64,000 nt of DNA. Origin: Podarcis cretensis (Eukaryota). Numbering within the stretch: the first letter of the stretch is position 1; each line of letters opens with the position of its first letter. The stretch covers positions 56,854,001-56,918,000 of the forward strand of contig OX638154.1 of the NCBI GenBank assembly GCA_951804945.1, given 5' to 3'. Shown piece after piece: positions 40,509 through 55,215 of this stretch. The notes under the pieces are model-generated. The model had not been told where the DNA came from. It did not search any database and saw only the letters and a list, made by a program, of their open reading frames with translations. The position numbers were made by a program, and so were the translations under genes.

Positions 40509-41304
40509 TGTCACAGACTGCCTGGACACAGAGGAATAGTGGGAGGCACCCCCATTCTTCTCAAAGGAAGGCTTAGAGCCCAGGGATTGGTGGTGGGACA
40601 AAGATGAGTGGTCAGAGAGAAGACTCGGAGGAAGAGGTGTCAAAACCTGAAGAGGTAACAGGCTTTAGTGAAGAGGGATCTGTGGCAGAGAGAAGTCCAG
40701 AATCAGAATCAGAAATGGAAGCAGGAGAGGGAGGGAGGTTATGAGGCAGAGATGAAGAAGCACGAGTGTCTTCTCTGCTCTGCTGCACCAAACTCCCCTC
40801 CCTCCCGTCTCCCTGGTATGAAGCAGGAGGAGCAAAGGCAGACATGTTGATGTAGCCTTGGATTGCTTGGAAAAGACCCAGAAGAAGAGGCAGGAACCTT
40901 CAGTCTCCACAACTGCCTCATAGACGCAAGACCTACCAAAGAGAGATACTGTGCTCATTAGGTCTGGCATTCTTGAGCCAGTGTGGGGTAGTGGTTAAGA
41001 GCGGTAGTCTCGTAATCTGGGGAACCGGGTTCGCGTCTCCGCTCCTCCACGTGCAGCTGCTGGGTGACCTTGGGCCAGTCACACTTCTTTGAAGTCTCTC
41101 AGCCCCACTCACCTCACAGAGTGTTTGTTGTGGGGGAGGAAGGGAAAGGAGAATGTTAGCCGCTTTGAGACTCCTTAAAGGGAGTGAAAGGCGGGATATC
41201 AAATCCAAACTCTTTTCTTCTTCTTCTTGAGCAGATCCTGCTTCTTCTAATAAAGTGATAACTTCACTTATTCCATGTGATTTATTGCTGGCTCGCTCCT
41301 AACA
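40509..41304 (+). mobile_element. Solo LTR (Gypsy-like) with inserted SINE
   Basis: TGTCA...TAACA ends; 5-bp TSD GAAGA (40504-40508 and 41305-41309); AATAAA at 41249-41254; purine-rich U3. Confidence 0.8.
40975..41226 (+). mobile_element. tRNA-derived CORE-SINE (Squam3-like)
   Basis: Box A TGGGGTAGTGG; box B GGTTCGCGTCTC; CORE-like GCTGGGTGACCTTGGGCCAGTCAC; (CTT)n tail; flanking repeat TTCTTGAGC. Confidence 0.85.
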
Positions 41305-43029
41305 GAAGACTATTTTTATAGGACCAATCCAATTAATAAAATTATAAGCAAGTTTACGACTTGTTTTCACCAACAAAAATGGGAGAGGAATTGTAGAAAA
41401 GCCCCAGTGTGTAACTTTAGAATCAAACTCAAACCATTTCTTTCATCATTCACAAGATTGTATGTATGGGATGGGATCATCGGTAGGGACTCTTAATCTC
41501 TTGGTACTTACCATTACAACCTTTAATAGAACTCAGATATCTGAAGAAGTGCCTTCTCTACACCAACCTACCTGTGAATTCAATGGAAACACTTTCCCAT
41601 GTGTTAGAGGAAGCTTGTACTATGCTGCTGCCCATTCTCTGGGATGCCCTTCCCAAAGGATTATGGCTAGAACCAATGTTAAGAATCATTGTTGTGCCAG
41701 ATCCAAACTTTTTTTTTTTTTGTCTTGTCCAGGCATTTAGAGAGGCATTCACTTCTTTTAGCTGCCTCTCTATAGGATTTTAATAATGTAGTTTAAGTGA
41801 TTCACTGTATTTTACTTTGATATGATTGTTTCTTCGTGCCTATTGGGGGAAACCCTCATACCTTTGAAGAAGAGTGGCATAAAAATATTTTAAATAAGTA
41901 AATAATGGAGGTGTATCAAAGGCAAAATATATCTGGTCATCAACAGCAGCCAATTCATTTCATTTCATGCTTTTTCCCACCTCTTCTCCCAAGGACCCAG
42001 AAAACTCTTTGCAGATTAGCTATAGGATTTTCAGATGAGTGGCATGGTGCTTAGGTCTCCATCAGTCTGTGCATTCTTAAAGTAGAGGCTCAGTTTGGAA
42101 ACATTTAGATTCCCAGTTTTAGGAATATTGGTGGATAATTTAAAAACCACAAACACTATAAACTTAAATACTACTGCTAGGAACTTTGTAGGAGTATATA
42201 GGATATAGTCAAATCTTCTTTGTTTCTGTTTTCAGCAATATGAGAGAGGTGTGTATGTTGAGAATGGCTACTAAGATCCCAAAAATATACACACAACTGT
42301 AATATTATCCTAATTTGTTTTCCTTCTGTGTTGGGAATTACATTCTCCTGAGAATTACAACCCCTAGCTAAAATTATTGTCTTCTGTTCTCATGCTCTAT
42401 AATCTGTCATTCCAATGAAAGTGAGGAACAATTTTTAACCTTTCAGTAAGAGGACATAACCCAATAATTAACTCTTCTTCCTCCCACCCATTTCTTTATA
42501 AAAGCAAAAACAACGAAGACTTTGCCAAAGGAGCCGTAATTTACATGTTCGGAGGAAAAGAAACTAGGAAGATAAACACTGTAAAACAGTGTAATTTTAT
42601 TTAAATTAGTTCAAGACTTCAAAATGGTTGCCTTCTTTATTCAAGCAAGAACCACTATTTAATCAGCTGAAGTAGGGTTGCCATAACCCAACCCCTAAAT
42701 CAAGATAACTAGCATAACATGCAAATATGCTGAGCTAATTATGGTGGCTAATCTACATAATTTCTATCACACGCTTCAGCCTTCTTCCTTCCTTAAATAA
42801 AGAGTGATGCACATGGGACAAGAAAATTTCCCTTCTTCACATATACACTGATAAGGTCTAAATTTGCTGTTACTACACAAAGAAACAGAGGTTGCAGGCA
42901 TAGTGCAGAGCTCACTGCAATACCAGTGAAACAGGAAAATTCAGTTTTGCAAATGATTAGGAAATGGGCTAGAAATATTTTTTTTAGTGTCATTATATAA
43001 ATGTACAGTGCAGCCATGTTTAAAGAGTT

Positions 43030-43530
43030 TTTAATTTTAAGCTAGTATACAACTAGAAAATATACTGGAAAAGTTTAAACTGCATAAAGCCCCTGGTATA
43101 GATGATCTGACAGATAAATTTTATTTTTAAAAAATTCTGAAATATTGGGGCGGGGGGAACCCCAATATGGGCAGGATGTTTAACAGCATTCTAACGGGGC
43201 AATTGTCCTGAGATCCTGGAAAGAGTCTAGAATAGTGGTAATATTGAAACCACGTAAAGATTCAGAGACTCTGGACACATTTCATGCATTGGGCAGGATG
43301 CTAAAACATTTACTAGCATTCTAGCTAATATCAAGTGGCAAATATATTACCTAGTATAATCCATGCAGAACAAGTAGGTTTTGTTAAACATAGACATATA
43401 GCAGATCTCATACAGAAGATGCTGAATGCAGTATATTATGGAAAACTGTTGTGGAATCCATGTGTGATTGCTTCACTAGATGCTCATAAAGCGTTTGATA
43501 AAATACACTGGAGTTATTTGTATTTACTCC
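43030..43530 (+). mobile_element. L1/Tx1-clade RT fragment
   Basis: KAPGID..DKFY; IIHAEQVGFVKHRHIAD; SLDAHKAFDKIHWSYL. Confidence 0.85.
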
Positions 43531-43534
43531 TTAG

Positions 43535-43679
43535 CAGTGCTTTTCTCTGGGGGGGATGAGGGAATGCATACCCCTAAACATTTTGTGAATCTAAGTTTGG
43601 TCTCATTGAGGGGCAGTATTTCAATATGAGTAGGAAAATGAGAATACCCCTAAACATTTTTTTAAGAAAAGAAGCACTG
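43535..43679. mobile_element. hAT MITE
   Basis: CAGTGCTTTT...AGAAGCACTG; perfect 8-bp TSD CTCCTTAG. Confidence 0.85.
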
Positions 43680-43692
43680 CTCCTTAGATATA

Positions 43693-43942
43693 CAGCCGTA
43701 CTTTGGAACCCAAACGTCTTGGTACTCGGATGCTTTGGCTCCCAAACACCGCAAACCCAGAATAGAGTGTGCCAGTTTGCAAATGTTCTTTAGAACCTGA
43801 GAATCTGACGGGGCTTCCATGGCGTCTGATTGGCTGCAGGAGCTTCCTGAAGCCAATCAGAAGCCGCTCTTTGGTTTCCGAACGTTCTGGAAGTCAAACG
43901 GACTTCTGGAACCGATTCCATTCGACTTCCAAAGTATGACTG
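43693..43942. mobile_element. Tc1/mariner MITE
   Basis: TA-CAGCCGTACTTTGGAA...TTCCAAAGTATGACTG-TA. Confidence 0.8.
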
Positions 43943-46900
43943 TATAACAGTGCAATGCTAACCATGTTCTCGCCTGCCTATCTGACATTTTTTAATCTAT
44001 TTATCTCAAGTCTGAATGCCATAGAACAGATGTAAGCAGTGTTGTGTCTTCACATGTTGTTAAACTGCAACTCCCATCAGCTCCAGCCAGTACGTTCAAT
44101 TATCAGGGATGATGGAAGTTGTAGTTAGCAACATCTGGAGTGCAACATGTTGGGTACCCTGCCACTATCTAATTGGATCCTGAGTTCTGAATTTCATTTT
44201 TGGCAGAATAATTGGCAGTTTGGTTTGGGTTTTTTAAAGGAAGGATGGAGTCTGGTAGTTTGTTCTGCAGACAGATTTTGAGAATTATTATTACAATGCA
44301 TAAAATACACAACAAAACATGATGAAATTTTTCTGTAGAGGAGGTTAGAAAAATATAATACAAAATAAACACTCTGTCTATACATGATATTTGAATCAAT
44401 GCTGCCAAATTGCTACTACAGTGTAAAGATGTTAGGTAATGGAACTAAATGTTAGGTAATGGAACTAAAGGGCTCCCAATTGTCTGTTTATATTATTCAT
44501 TAAAAAGAAATTATCTGAATAACTACTCTTTTAAAATAATGGACTCTGCTGTCATTCTTCATGCTCTTGCACTGGGACTATATGAGCCATAACAATGAAA
44601 CTATATCTTTCTAGATACCAAACCCAACCTTCCCCTAGTATTCCTTGGTCATTCCATACAATAGTAAAGCACATAAAGAAAATGTTTGGCTAGGCTAGTT
44701 TAGGATATTGGAAATTACACTTGGTCAACATTTTTTACACCAAGACTGGGAAACTATGACCCTCCAGTAGTTCTTGGGCTGCAACCCTCACCATCCCTGA
44801 TCTCCGGCCACGCTTGCTGTGGCTGGTGGGAGTTGTATTCCAACATCTGAAGGGCTAAATTACAGCCCACCCTTGTTTTACAGGCATAACAGAAACATCA
44901 ATCCACCTGAAGGCACCATTTATAGATAACCACAAAGGCAATGATTAAAAATGGAGTTTGCCTTATTTGTGATAATCTGTTTACAGATGAGGAATGTCCT
45001 TGAACAGCATCTGGTAAACCAAGCAGCCACACTGTGGAAAAAGATATCAGAAAACAGTGCAAAATATTATGAATCTGCTAGAGTCGTTATGTGCCCACCC
45101 AAATATTCACACCCACAAACACACACACACACACGGTTTGATTGCTAGAAAAGAAAAATAAGTTTGACTATTTTTCTTCTTCTTCTTTAGCATGTAATGA
45201 AACAAAAGAGAAAGCAACTGAAGTAATACAATACTTTCTAATCTGATAAAGCAGCATAAATAAAGACTATAATAGCAAAAAAAAAAAATCAGTCATGCTT
45301 TTACAATACTTTGTTCTGCTTATGATTACAGGTTGAAACGAATGATTTTCTCAATGACAGTATTTTAAATAGTGTGTCACACTGTCAAAATCTGAAGCTT
45401 GATAGGACCAGAGTACTTTTTAAAAATATAAATGTAAAGCATTCAAAGAAGCTCAAAATTTAATTAAGCAAAACATTAGATCAGTTAAATCTAAACGGTA
45501 GTATAAAATATTAAGGTAAAACATGTATTAGTGTGAGATTTGCATTTTTATGAAGTATGAATCACAAAGAAATGAAAATGCTGCTAAATTTCAGTTAACT
45601 CCTTTTTAAAAATCTTGTTTCCATGGCAATGCTGACAGTAAGTTTGCATGGGATGTAAGATACGGCTTTTTCCCTTTTCTCTTACAAAACAATTTAGCTG
45701 AAAAGTGGCAGCATCATGGACTCTTTTCAATTTTCTAATATGCCTGAGAGGCACAGAAAATAAGCCAGCAGAAGTCATTGACTGGAAAAAATGCAGCAGT
45801 TGAGCCTTTCCCCCCTAGTTTTCTAGCTTGTGGTATGCTTTTAAATGAGCATGTTCACAAACATCACCCACAACATTCTAATTGTCAGATAGAGGTCTTG
45901 TCTCTTTAATCTGTATTCCTTGCGCTCCTGGTTCAATTAAGGAAGCTTTTAACAACATTAAACCTTAGCACGGAGATCATTTGAAATTCCAGTAAAGACT
46001 GCCTACAACACAAGCACTCAAACCTCTCTTTTTCATTCTAGATCTAAAAAGAACTGCTCAATTCTCTAATGAGTAATCAGGGATTGAGGTTTCTAGGCTA
46101 CAAAATCTTGTTGTCGCAAAAGAAAAGAAAAAGGTAGAAATCTAACACCCAAATCAATACTGTATTACTCTCTCCACAGGCAAGAGATGCTGGGTCAGGA
46201 AAATCATGAAAAATTCATAGCAAAGGTGGTCAAGTCATCCATAAGACAGAGAAAATAATGCTATATCTAAAGATCCCTTGAGCAATCGAAGACACTTTAC
46301 AGATTTCACCGTGAATAAGTGCTGGTTTGTTTCATCGATGTGCCTTAATACTGCTCCTATCTTATTTCTGACAGTAAATGAGGATGTTTTGATCTATATT
46401 TACTATCTTTCTTATTTACTATATTCACTTCTCAGCCTCTGTATTAGTCACTCATGGGACAATTCCAAGTAATTGTTTTCTGCTGAAAAGGGGGATAACT
46501 CATCAGGGAGGAGGCCTTTCTTAAGTGCATATTTCTCGGTACCAATAGTTTAATTCCAACAGTCTAGAAACAGCCTTCTCAAAAGTCCTATTGAATTCTG
46601 TGACTTCATTCTTCCAAGGAAAAAAGAGCCTCCCTCACTTATAAACTCAACGTTTTGAAGCATAAACAAAGGAAGACAACAATGTAGTTCATAGTATGGT
46701 ATGTGGGGGGAGGATAGTACCAGTAAACTATAGTGACTATGTTGCAAGGGCAGACTTTGATAATATGGAGCCCTGAGCGATAACAAAATTTGGTGCCCTT
46801 CCCTAAATATTTCTTATTTTCACAATAATTCCTTTAAGTACAGTTTTTTATGGATCTTCTCAGTAGCTACCTGTATAAATACAGGGTTTTGTGTTTTTGT

Positions 46901-47383
46901 TTTTATTATTTTGCACCCACTTGGCTTGGCACCCTGTGCAGTGGAACTTCCCAAACAGCCCTAATTCCAGTTCTCGATGTTGGATTACTAAATGGTTTTA
47001 CTATTTTAAAAAATATTAATTTCCCTATGGGTAGCTCACAAAGAAATCACCTTACTGTACCAACACTCACAGAACTAAACAGAACTAAGGAATTTTATGA
47101 ACTAGAAAGGTGTCAATAATTATGATGGTTTGGATAATATGAGGGAAGGTATATAATGTATGTTGAACAGTTCATGTGCACAACATCCAACCACTGTGCA
47201 TACTCACAAGGCCTCATAGAGAATATGCATATAATCTGTCCATGAAGAAGGAATTTTGTCACATTTCTCAGTCAATATACATAATTTCCAACAAGCCTTG
47301 AGGAATGTGCATATCGCAACTGCATTTTGTACATTCTCCAGTCAATATGCACAATCGTTAGCAGGTTTTAGAGAGTATGTATA

Positions 47384-47624
47384 CAGTGTTACCTCGGGTT
47401 ACATACGCTTCAGGTTACATACGCTTCAGGTTACAGACTGCGCTAACCCAGAAATAGTACCTCGGATTAAGAACTTTGCTTCAGGATGAGAACAGAAATC
47501 GTGCTCTGGCGGCACGGCGGCAGCAAGAGGCCCATTAGCTAAAGTGGTGCTTCAGGTTAAGAACAGTTTCAGGTTAAGAACGAACCTCTGGAAGGAATTA
47601 AGTACTTAACCCGAGGTACCACTG
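47384..47624. mobile_element. Same MITE family
   Basis: TA-CAGTGTTACCTCGGGTTA...TAACCCGAGGTACCACTG-TA. Confidence 0.88.
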
Positions 47625-48829
47625 TATCTCATTTGAGCTTTATACATTCTACACTCAGTATACATAGCCTTCAGGAAATATGCCCATTTTCTATCTGTCA
47701 TTTAGAAATGTTCAATCTGTATTCTGAAGGCTGCTTCTGACCAGCCTAATCTTATGTGATCCACCACATACCTTCCCACTGAGCAGCAGGGTGTAGAGGT
47801 GGGGCTTCAGGTAAAAATATTAACTTTTTTCTGCACCCCAGACTCCTTTTCCTCAGTGTCAGCTGTTCTCCTGTCGGATAAGCAGCAGAGTAGAAGAATC
47901 ACAAGCAGATGTGTTTTAAACCTCCCCTTCCATAATCCCTTCTTACTTCTGCTTCTGATCCTCCTCCTTTTTCCTCTTGCCTTTTCCCTGGTCTGTATTT
48001 AGGTTGGCAAATACATGGCATTTTGCTTATGTTACTTGGTAAAGTACCATATATATGAGGACAGTGTTTTAAACAAACACAAACCAAATTAGGAAAGCTC
48101 CATGATGGGTCTATGATTAACTATAATTGGGGAGACCGGGGTGTCCAAATAGATATTGATCCAGACATTTTAAAATTTAAGGTTTGCACCCAGCAGTTGT
48201 GCAAGTGGAAAGCAATTTGCACAAACATATGATATTTCTCTTCTTGCCTTTTCATTTGCATCCTCTAAAAAGACTTTCCAGGGGGTTGTGGGAGCTCTCT
48301 TGAATAATGTTGGCTGTGTTGCATGGGGCTATAGTGGAAAGGAGGAAGCGCCTGAAATTGGGCAGAGGAACCCATGCAACTCAAGTCAAACTGTTCAGGA
48401 CTTGGGAGGTCCTTTGCAGGAGCTGTGGAGGAGGAGGAAGGGAAAAGGAATATCAGTTGCACAAGCTGCCTTCCATTAGCCAGTTGTGGAGTGGCTTGGG
48501 AAAACAGTATTGAAAAAGAGAGGGGGAAGAAAAGGGTACCAAGGCTAACAGAAAATGCCCCCAAAAAGGAAATTAAGTTTTCTTTTTTATTTTTAAGAGA
48601 AAGATTCAGGGAAGGACAAGGAAAAGCCCCTAAGGAAACTGACGGGGGGGGAAGGTAGATGGTAGTTAAATAACCATATATGGTCCCAAATATACACACA
48701 AAAAAAGAAGGAAAAACACTAGAAAGAAAAACTAAGGAGGCACACACACAAATTCAACATATTGGCTCAAACAAAGGGATTTTCACAAGAGAAGAAAATA
48801 CCAGACCAAACATAACCATAAGCAGGGTA

Positions 48830-49190
48830 AAAAGGTAAAGGGTAAAGGGACCCCTGACCATTAGGTTCAGTCGTGGACGACTCTGGGGTTGCGGCGCTCA
48901 TCTCACTTTAGTGACCGAGGGAGCCGGCATACAGCTTCCAGGTCATGTGGCCAGCATGACTAAGCCACTTCTGGCGAACCAGAGCAGCGCACAGAAACGC
49001 CTTTTTACCTTCCCACTGGAGCGGTACCTATTTATCTACTTGCACCTTGGCATGCTTTCGAACTGCTAGGTTGGCAGGAGCAGGGACAGAGCAACGGGAG
49101 CTCACCCCGTTGCGGGGAATTGAACTGCCGACCTTCTGACTGGCAAGTCCTAGGCTCTGTGGTTTAACCCACAGCGCCAAACGCATCCCA
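48830..49190 (-). mobile_element. Sauria SINE, full length
   Basis: Reverse complement of the family at 11324; TSD CATAAGCA(G/A)GGTA. Confidence 0.9.
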
Positions 49191-49587
49191 CATAAGCAAG
49201 GTATATCTGGACAAATACCCTGCACCACTACTATCCCCTGGAAGAGGAGATAAAAGACCCTGCCAATCAAGTCTAGAGGGAGGCATTATCCTGTAAACAG
49301 AATATCTTCGGACCTTATCTGGCAAATAACATGTTGATTTATGAAACTATTAATTTCTGCTTTTCTTAATGGTCATATTGATATTTGGGTCTGGAAAAAG
49401 GTCTATCTTGAACAGATCACTTGATAGTTTAGAATTAAGACCACGCCACATACAGTATGATGCAGCACAGTACCCTTCTTTGTTCAGTACCACATATGGA
49501 TTCCATGCCTCGGCAGAGCATCATTCAGAACGTTTGGCTAGTACTCAACGTTTTAGGCTCTCTGTAGTTGCTTTGCTTCCCCTATGG

Positions 49588-49723
49588 CAGGCTTCCTCAA
49601 CCTCGGCCCTTCAGATGTTTTTGGCCTACAACTCCCATGATCCCTAGCTAGCAGGACCAGTGGTCAGGGATGATGGGAACTGTAGTCTCAAAACATCTGG
49701 AGGGCTGAGGTTGAGGAAGCCTG
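49588..49723. mobile_element. 136-bp hAT MITE, same family as 5738-5873, opposite orientation
   Basis: CAGGCTTCCTCAACCTC...GAGGTTGAGGAAGCCTG; 8-bp TSD CCCTATGG. More decayed relatives near 44030-44161 and 44740-44874. Confidence 0.88.
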
Positions 49724-52700
49724 CCCTATGGTATTAATGGGGGGGGATGCAAGACCTTGAAAACAAAATGGGGGGGGGGGCTGTTTTGGCTGTCATTTTC
49801 ATTTCACCTGGGTTTGGCTGTTTAAAAAGGCAGCAATAAAGTTTCAGACATTGATGCTGATTTTCACTCTTTAGTTTACTAAAACAAGTAGAGATATTCT
49901 AAAGTTATTCTTTCCAGCTTAATCTTAATTTTATCAGTTGGATAAACTATATTCCTTTGCATAAAGTATGTTCTGCGTATGCTTCTAGATTTGCATTTTC
50001 ATTAGATTTCAACATTCAGCACCTAATACCATAAATTTGTTTTTGAAACTCTTTAATTCCCTTGAGTATTCCAACATATTGAATGCTATTTGCTTTGTAT
50101 TATGTTGGTAACAAATCTGTAGTGAAAATGCTGTCAATATATATTCATAGCTAACGTTGTTAACTAAAAGCAATATTGTTTTTCCACTGTAAGCTGTCAT
50201 AAATGTTTGGCACCCTGTTGTGTAAGCCAAAAATGTCAAAGAAATGATTAAAAAAAATAAAAAATAAAAACCCTGTGGTGATAACGTGTTAAGTTTACTG
50301 CAATAAAATACATCCCTTTTGTATAAGCCCTTGCAATTTACCAAAATGGGGAAAGCTTCTCCACGTTATTTTAAAGTTAGAATATTGTGACTATATGTAC
50401 ATTAGGAGAGGCGTTACTTGAAAGTGTATGACAGCATAAGAATAATGCATATATATTCATGATAGCTGTTATCCTTCTAAAATAGTAAGAAACTTTACAT
50501 TTTAAATAAACTAAATATTTCAGAAGTAATATTATACATTTGGGAACTGAAAATTATGCTGATAAATAGACAACCTCTTCTGAGGGCTGTACCCCAAAAA
50601 GAAAACTCACTGACTTGTATCCAAATGGTGCCCTTCCATGATTGCAAGGACTTTTGACCCAGCAGATGTATCTGCTAAGTGTATAAAACTTTGGCCAGTG
50701 CGCCAAATTAAGCTTAGTACGGGTCCTAATTTGGCCCACAAGGCAATTTCCCCTGGAATATGCCCCACTTCTACCCACTGCTGGCTCACAGCCCTCAGAG
50801 ACTTGTCCAAAGTCGAATGCAGATTCAAGGGGGGAAAGGAAAGGAAAGGAAAGGTTCCCCACCACTAAAAATTGTCCTCTGATCCAAAGTGAATGTAAGG
50901 CACTTACGAGTAATAGCTACATACTCCCACTCTCTATTCTTCAAACATGATTTCAAACTCTGAATAATAATGAAGCCTGGTTAGAATTAACCATAGTTAA
51001 GGTCAATGCTTCAGAAAACTTTAGCCATTATTAAGACTCTAAAACTCATATATAGGTGGTCCCAACCCCTAAAAGAAGAATATGAGAGAAGTAGTAAGAA
51101 AAGAAAAAGAGAAATTGTGAATACTTAAAGTGGGATATTGCAGCAGTATTTTCTGTATGCTGGATTTGTCCTGAGGTCTGCCAGTTGCCAAAAACAAGTG
51201 TGACTTGAAAAGCACACTTGTTCCTAAATAGAAGCAAAACTAAATGTGTCACATCACTAATATCATGATAATTACAACAAAGCATCCTTCTTGTTTGTAC
51301 TATTTAGAATTTTGACATTCTGATTGACAGATGTCATCATATTAAGTAAGTAAACACACCTGGCTATTTAGATTCTACTCAAGAAACATCAGTGTAACAA
51401 TCAAAAGTATGAATATGCTTGCTGTAATTTCAAAAAATTGGCAACTAAGATGGTTTCATAGACATTAGAAATTAAGTGTATAAATTTAACACAATTTTAT
51501 CTATGTCAATCCATATTAATTATATTCTAAAAGCTGGAACATGTTAAGGAAGCACTACATAAAATGCTTACTGTGCATTACATTGTAATGATTCAAAAGA
51601 AACGTCTCTACTTGAAAGAATCCTACTTGGAAGAATATTAATCTGCAAAAGTTTCCACAACTGCAAAGTTACTCATTTTAGAATAATGGTGTATGTATGG
51701 AACTGATATTTCTATATAAAATATGAGGCATGTCTAAGATTCTTAGATATCACTGCTTCATTCTGCATTTAATTTACATTTCACACAGAGTAGCAAACAA
51801 ATAATGCAATCATACACAACATTTATCAATTCAGGAATAGAAGGTTACAAGGGACAAAACTGCTCATAATGAAACCTAATTACATTCATTCATTCATTTG
51901 TTTGTTTGTTTGTCCATCCTCCAGTGTTGAGACGTAATAAAAGGACAGTTTTTCAAAACATGGGAATGTAATATACAGAAACTATTCCCAAACACTTTTC
52001 AATTTCAGCTTGAAACAGCTTAAATTTTTGGTAAGAAAACAAAGCAAACAAATCTAGAGCAATCTGTCAGGACACATGCTGGTGATGGGCAATCAGAGTA
52101 GATGATGCTCTGGACTGACCGTCTCAGGTCTTCTAACATTCTGCTTCACTGGATGTCCACATGTTCTACTGTTGTGGGAGAGGGAGAAAAGCTTTTCTCT
52201 AGCCACACCAGGAATAACTGTAAAAGTCAGTTTAGGCACAGAGACCTTTGTTTATCAGCTGTTTCAAGGGCACAAATAGATGCAGAGGGGAGGAGGGGGC
52301 AGGAAACTTCCTTATGTTAAAACCCAGGGCAGTATATTTGTGAAAAAGTTTTTCTTTTAAGTAATCTCTTTGTAGGTTTAATTTTGCAATTAAACAATTA
52401 TAGACTTGGAGTTGTAAAGGGATCTTGTGGAGTTCAGCCCTTTGAAACAAACAAAAATCTATGCAAAGCTATCCTTGTCAAAGGACTGCAAACTCTTCAT
52501 GATAGAGTCTCATCAAATCACTGTAGCAGGCCATACAATTGTATACGGGTATCACAGGTGGATTAATGATATTGAAAACATAGTTTGTTTTCTTTACATT
52601 CTTTACATTCTCAATAATAAATGTAACATCAATAAGTAAGCTTATCGTAAGTATGTTATATCAAGTTAATCAAGACCTACTACACTGAAATAATGACATT

Positions 52701-55215
52701 TAAACATGCTTAACTATGAACTGGGCTGCAGCTCTAATGCCATTAAGGAGGGGTTATGAAGAAGGTGCAATTATATTCTATAATCTTAAATAAATCACTT
52801 TAAATGATTTTACAACCTGTTCAGAATACAACAAAGAGACTTTTACAATATGTTTCTTATATGACACAATATAGTTAATAAAAAACACACCACATACATT
52901 TGATGCAACAATTTGTAGCATTTATTTAATACACTAAGGTTGCAGTGTCTGGTGGTGCCCAGTCTGAGAGATGCTTAAGATTTCATTATATTCATGTAGG
53001 ACTCATTTTAACGGAAATTTGAGAGATAAAAAAAGCAGATTGCAGGAAGACATATTATAAAAACAGACCTCACAAGTCAAAGTTAATAGTGAACCCATTC
53101 TTTTTCATGTATACAACCATGAAAACAAATATCCTGTGAACTCTAGATATATATTGTATCTCTACATGAGATCTTGGTGCTCATTGAGACAGGTACTCAA
53201 TCATCTCATGGCTTTACAATCTCATCATTGTTGACTAAGGAACAAAACAGGGAAATAGGACCAATCACCTATGCAGTACCACAAATTTTGATAACACATT
53301 TCATGGTTTTTTTCTTGTAACATAGGATAGTCATATAAAAGAGGAATTATTATTAAATAATTCTTCCATTAAAATGCTATTTTAGTTATGGGATTTTTTC
53401 AGGCAAGACATAATGATACAAAATCATGCACAGACATACATGTATACAGACCTACATATTGTGAACAGCTGGGCCATATTAGTACTGACAAAATGTACAT
53501 TAAGGAAAGAACTGTGGAATAAAAGCAAAGTAGTATCACTGGGTTAAATCTGGACAACATCCACTCACCTGCTTGAAGGTGAAGTGGTATATATGGCCTG
53601 GCACAGCCCCACTGCCATCCAGTGGTCCTAGGCTCTTCAGCCCCAGGCTCCAACAGCTGATGGGAGAAGCAACAACCTCTCCCACCAGCTATTGGATTCA
53701 AATTTGCCCACTGGGCACAACTGGCCAATCACAGGTGGGTGAAGGGGTGGAGCCTGGGGGCAGGTCTGACAAAGACTCCTAGAAGACTTCATTCAGGTCT
53801 GCTCCCTGGGCATAAAAATTGCCCTGACCTTTGCTAGGGACCGCAATGGGCTTTTAGGATCTTCCACCCACCCTCCCTTATCTCATGGTTGGCGCCCCTT
53901 TTACTTGTGTTGGGCTTTGCTTGACTTTGCTATGGTTCTATAGTTGATGCATTCAGGCCCAGGGAGGAATTTTTCCCAAATGAAGGACCTCTACATGCCA
54001 AGCAGACAGACAATATTTAAGATCTGTCACCTTTTATTTATTTATTTATTTATTTATTTTTATTTATACTAACACACTGTGTTGCTCTTGTTCTCTAATC
54101 AAACATCTTTCTCCCATTTTCACCCCTTACAATTAGTTGTCCATCAGGAACAAAACATTTTGCAAGTTGTCTTGCCAACATTGTGATTAATCATTTGGCT
54201 CTTGTGCAGTCCAAGGAGACATTTCTTAACCTTAACTCATGTGCCCTATGATCTGCCTCCACCACTATCCACAGACACACTTTCTATAACATACAGCTAC
54301 TAGATGAGCATGAAGGCAAGGTTGTCCACATGCAATTGATCTTTCATGAGAATTTGTGCAAGGATAGTCTTACACTTCTTGGAAGTTTAAGGCAAATGGT
54401 GTCTTTCTATTAAAATATTGTGTGTGTTTTTAAAACCCAAGCTAAATCAACCAGTAACTGTACAAAAAGAAAGCATTATAGAAAAAGGTCACAAAGGCAT
54501 CCATATGTAAATTGTTTATCGTTCCTTTCTTAAAATGTTACTGGAATTTTTTACCAAGATGACATTTCATCTATGCTCAATAAGAAATGGCAAAGTGCTC
54601 AACTAGGTGCTCTGCTAAAATGGTGTCTTAATTCTTGAACATAGCAAAACGAAAACTCTCTTGCAGGCAAGCACAAACATGCCCACAAAGGAACTGAATA
54701 CAGCCCATGTACTTTGGCTGTTTGTGAATGCACATATCTGTTCGTTAGGGGACAACCAAGGCAGAGATAAGAGGTGAACCATAAAAGGAAGCTGAGAATG
54801 CATCCTACATCCCATTATAATGTGTATTGGAGTACAACAAGCTAGTTACCAACAGACAGAAGTATAAATAGGAAAAACTGGTTTAACCTATCTCCTAGAC
54901 AGCTGGTACACTGGTTTGAGGCAAGCAGCTAGGAGTGACAGATTAGCAGTAACCATAGCATGAGATCTTCAGACCCAGTTTAAGGTATCTTTTAGCCAAA
55001 TATCTTACTCAGCCCAGGATATAATGGAGAGACACATTTTACCACCTGGGAAACAAGTTTCTTGTCAAATTAACATGTCTAAATAGCAACAATATAGTAC
55101 AGGCCACCTCTAATCCAGCTACAGAGCAGGCAGAAAATAACAGCTATCTAAATATTCAGAACATTTCTAGTTGTTAAGCAAAAGTTTACTTCATTCTCAT
55201 TTAAATTGCACTTAC

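Noticed and set aside
1-55215. Further AGBL4 exons (e.g. RVIFNIVNFSKTKSLY) or nested genes
   Set aside because: Not found by eye; the short ORFs in the track are TE-derived or random.
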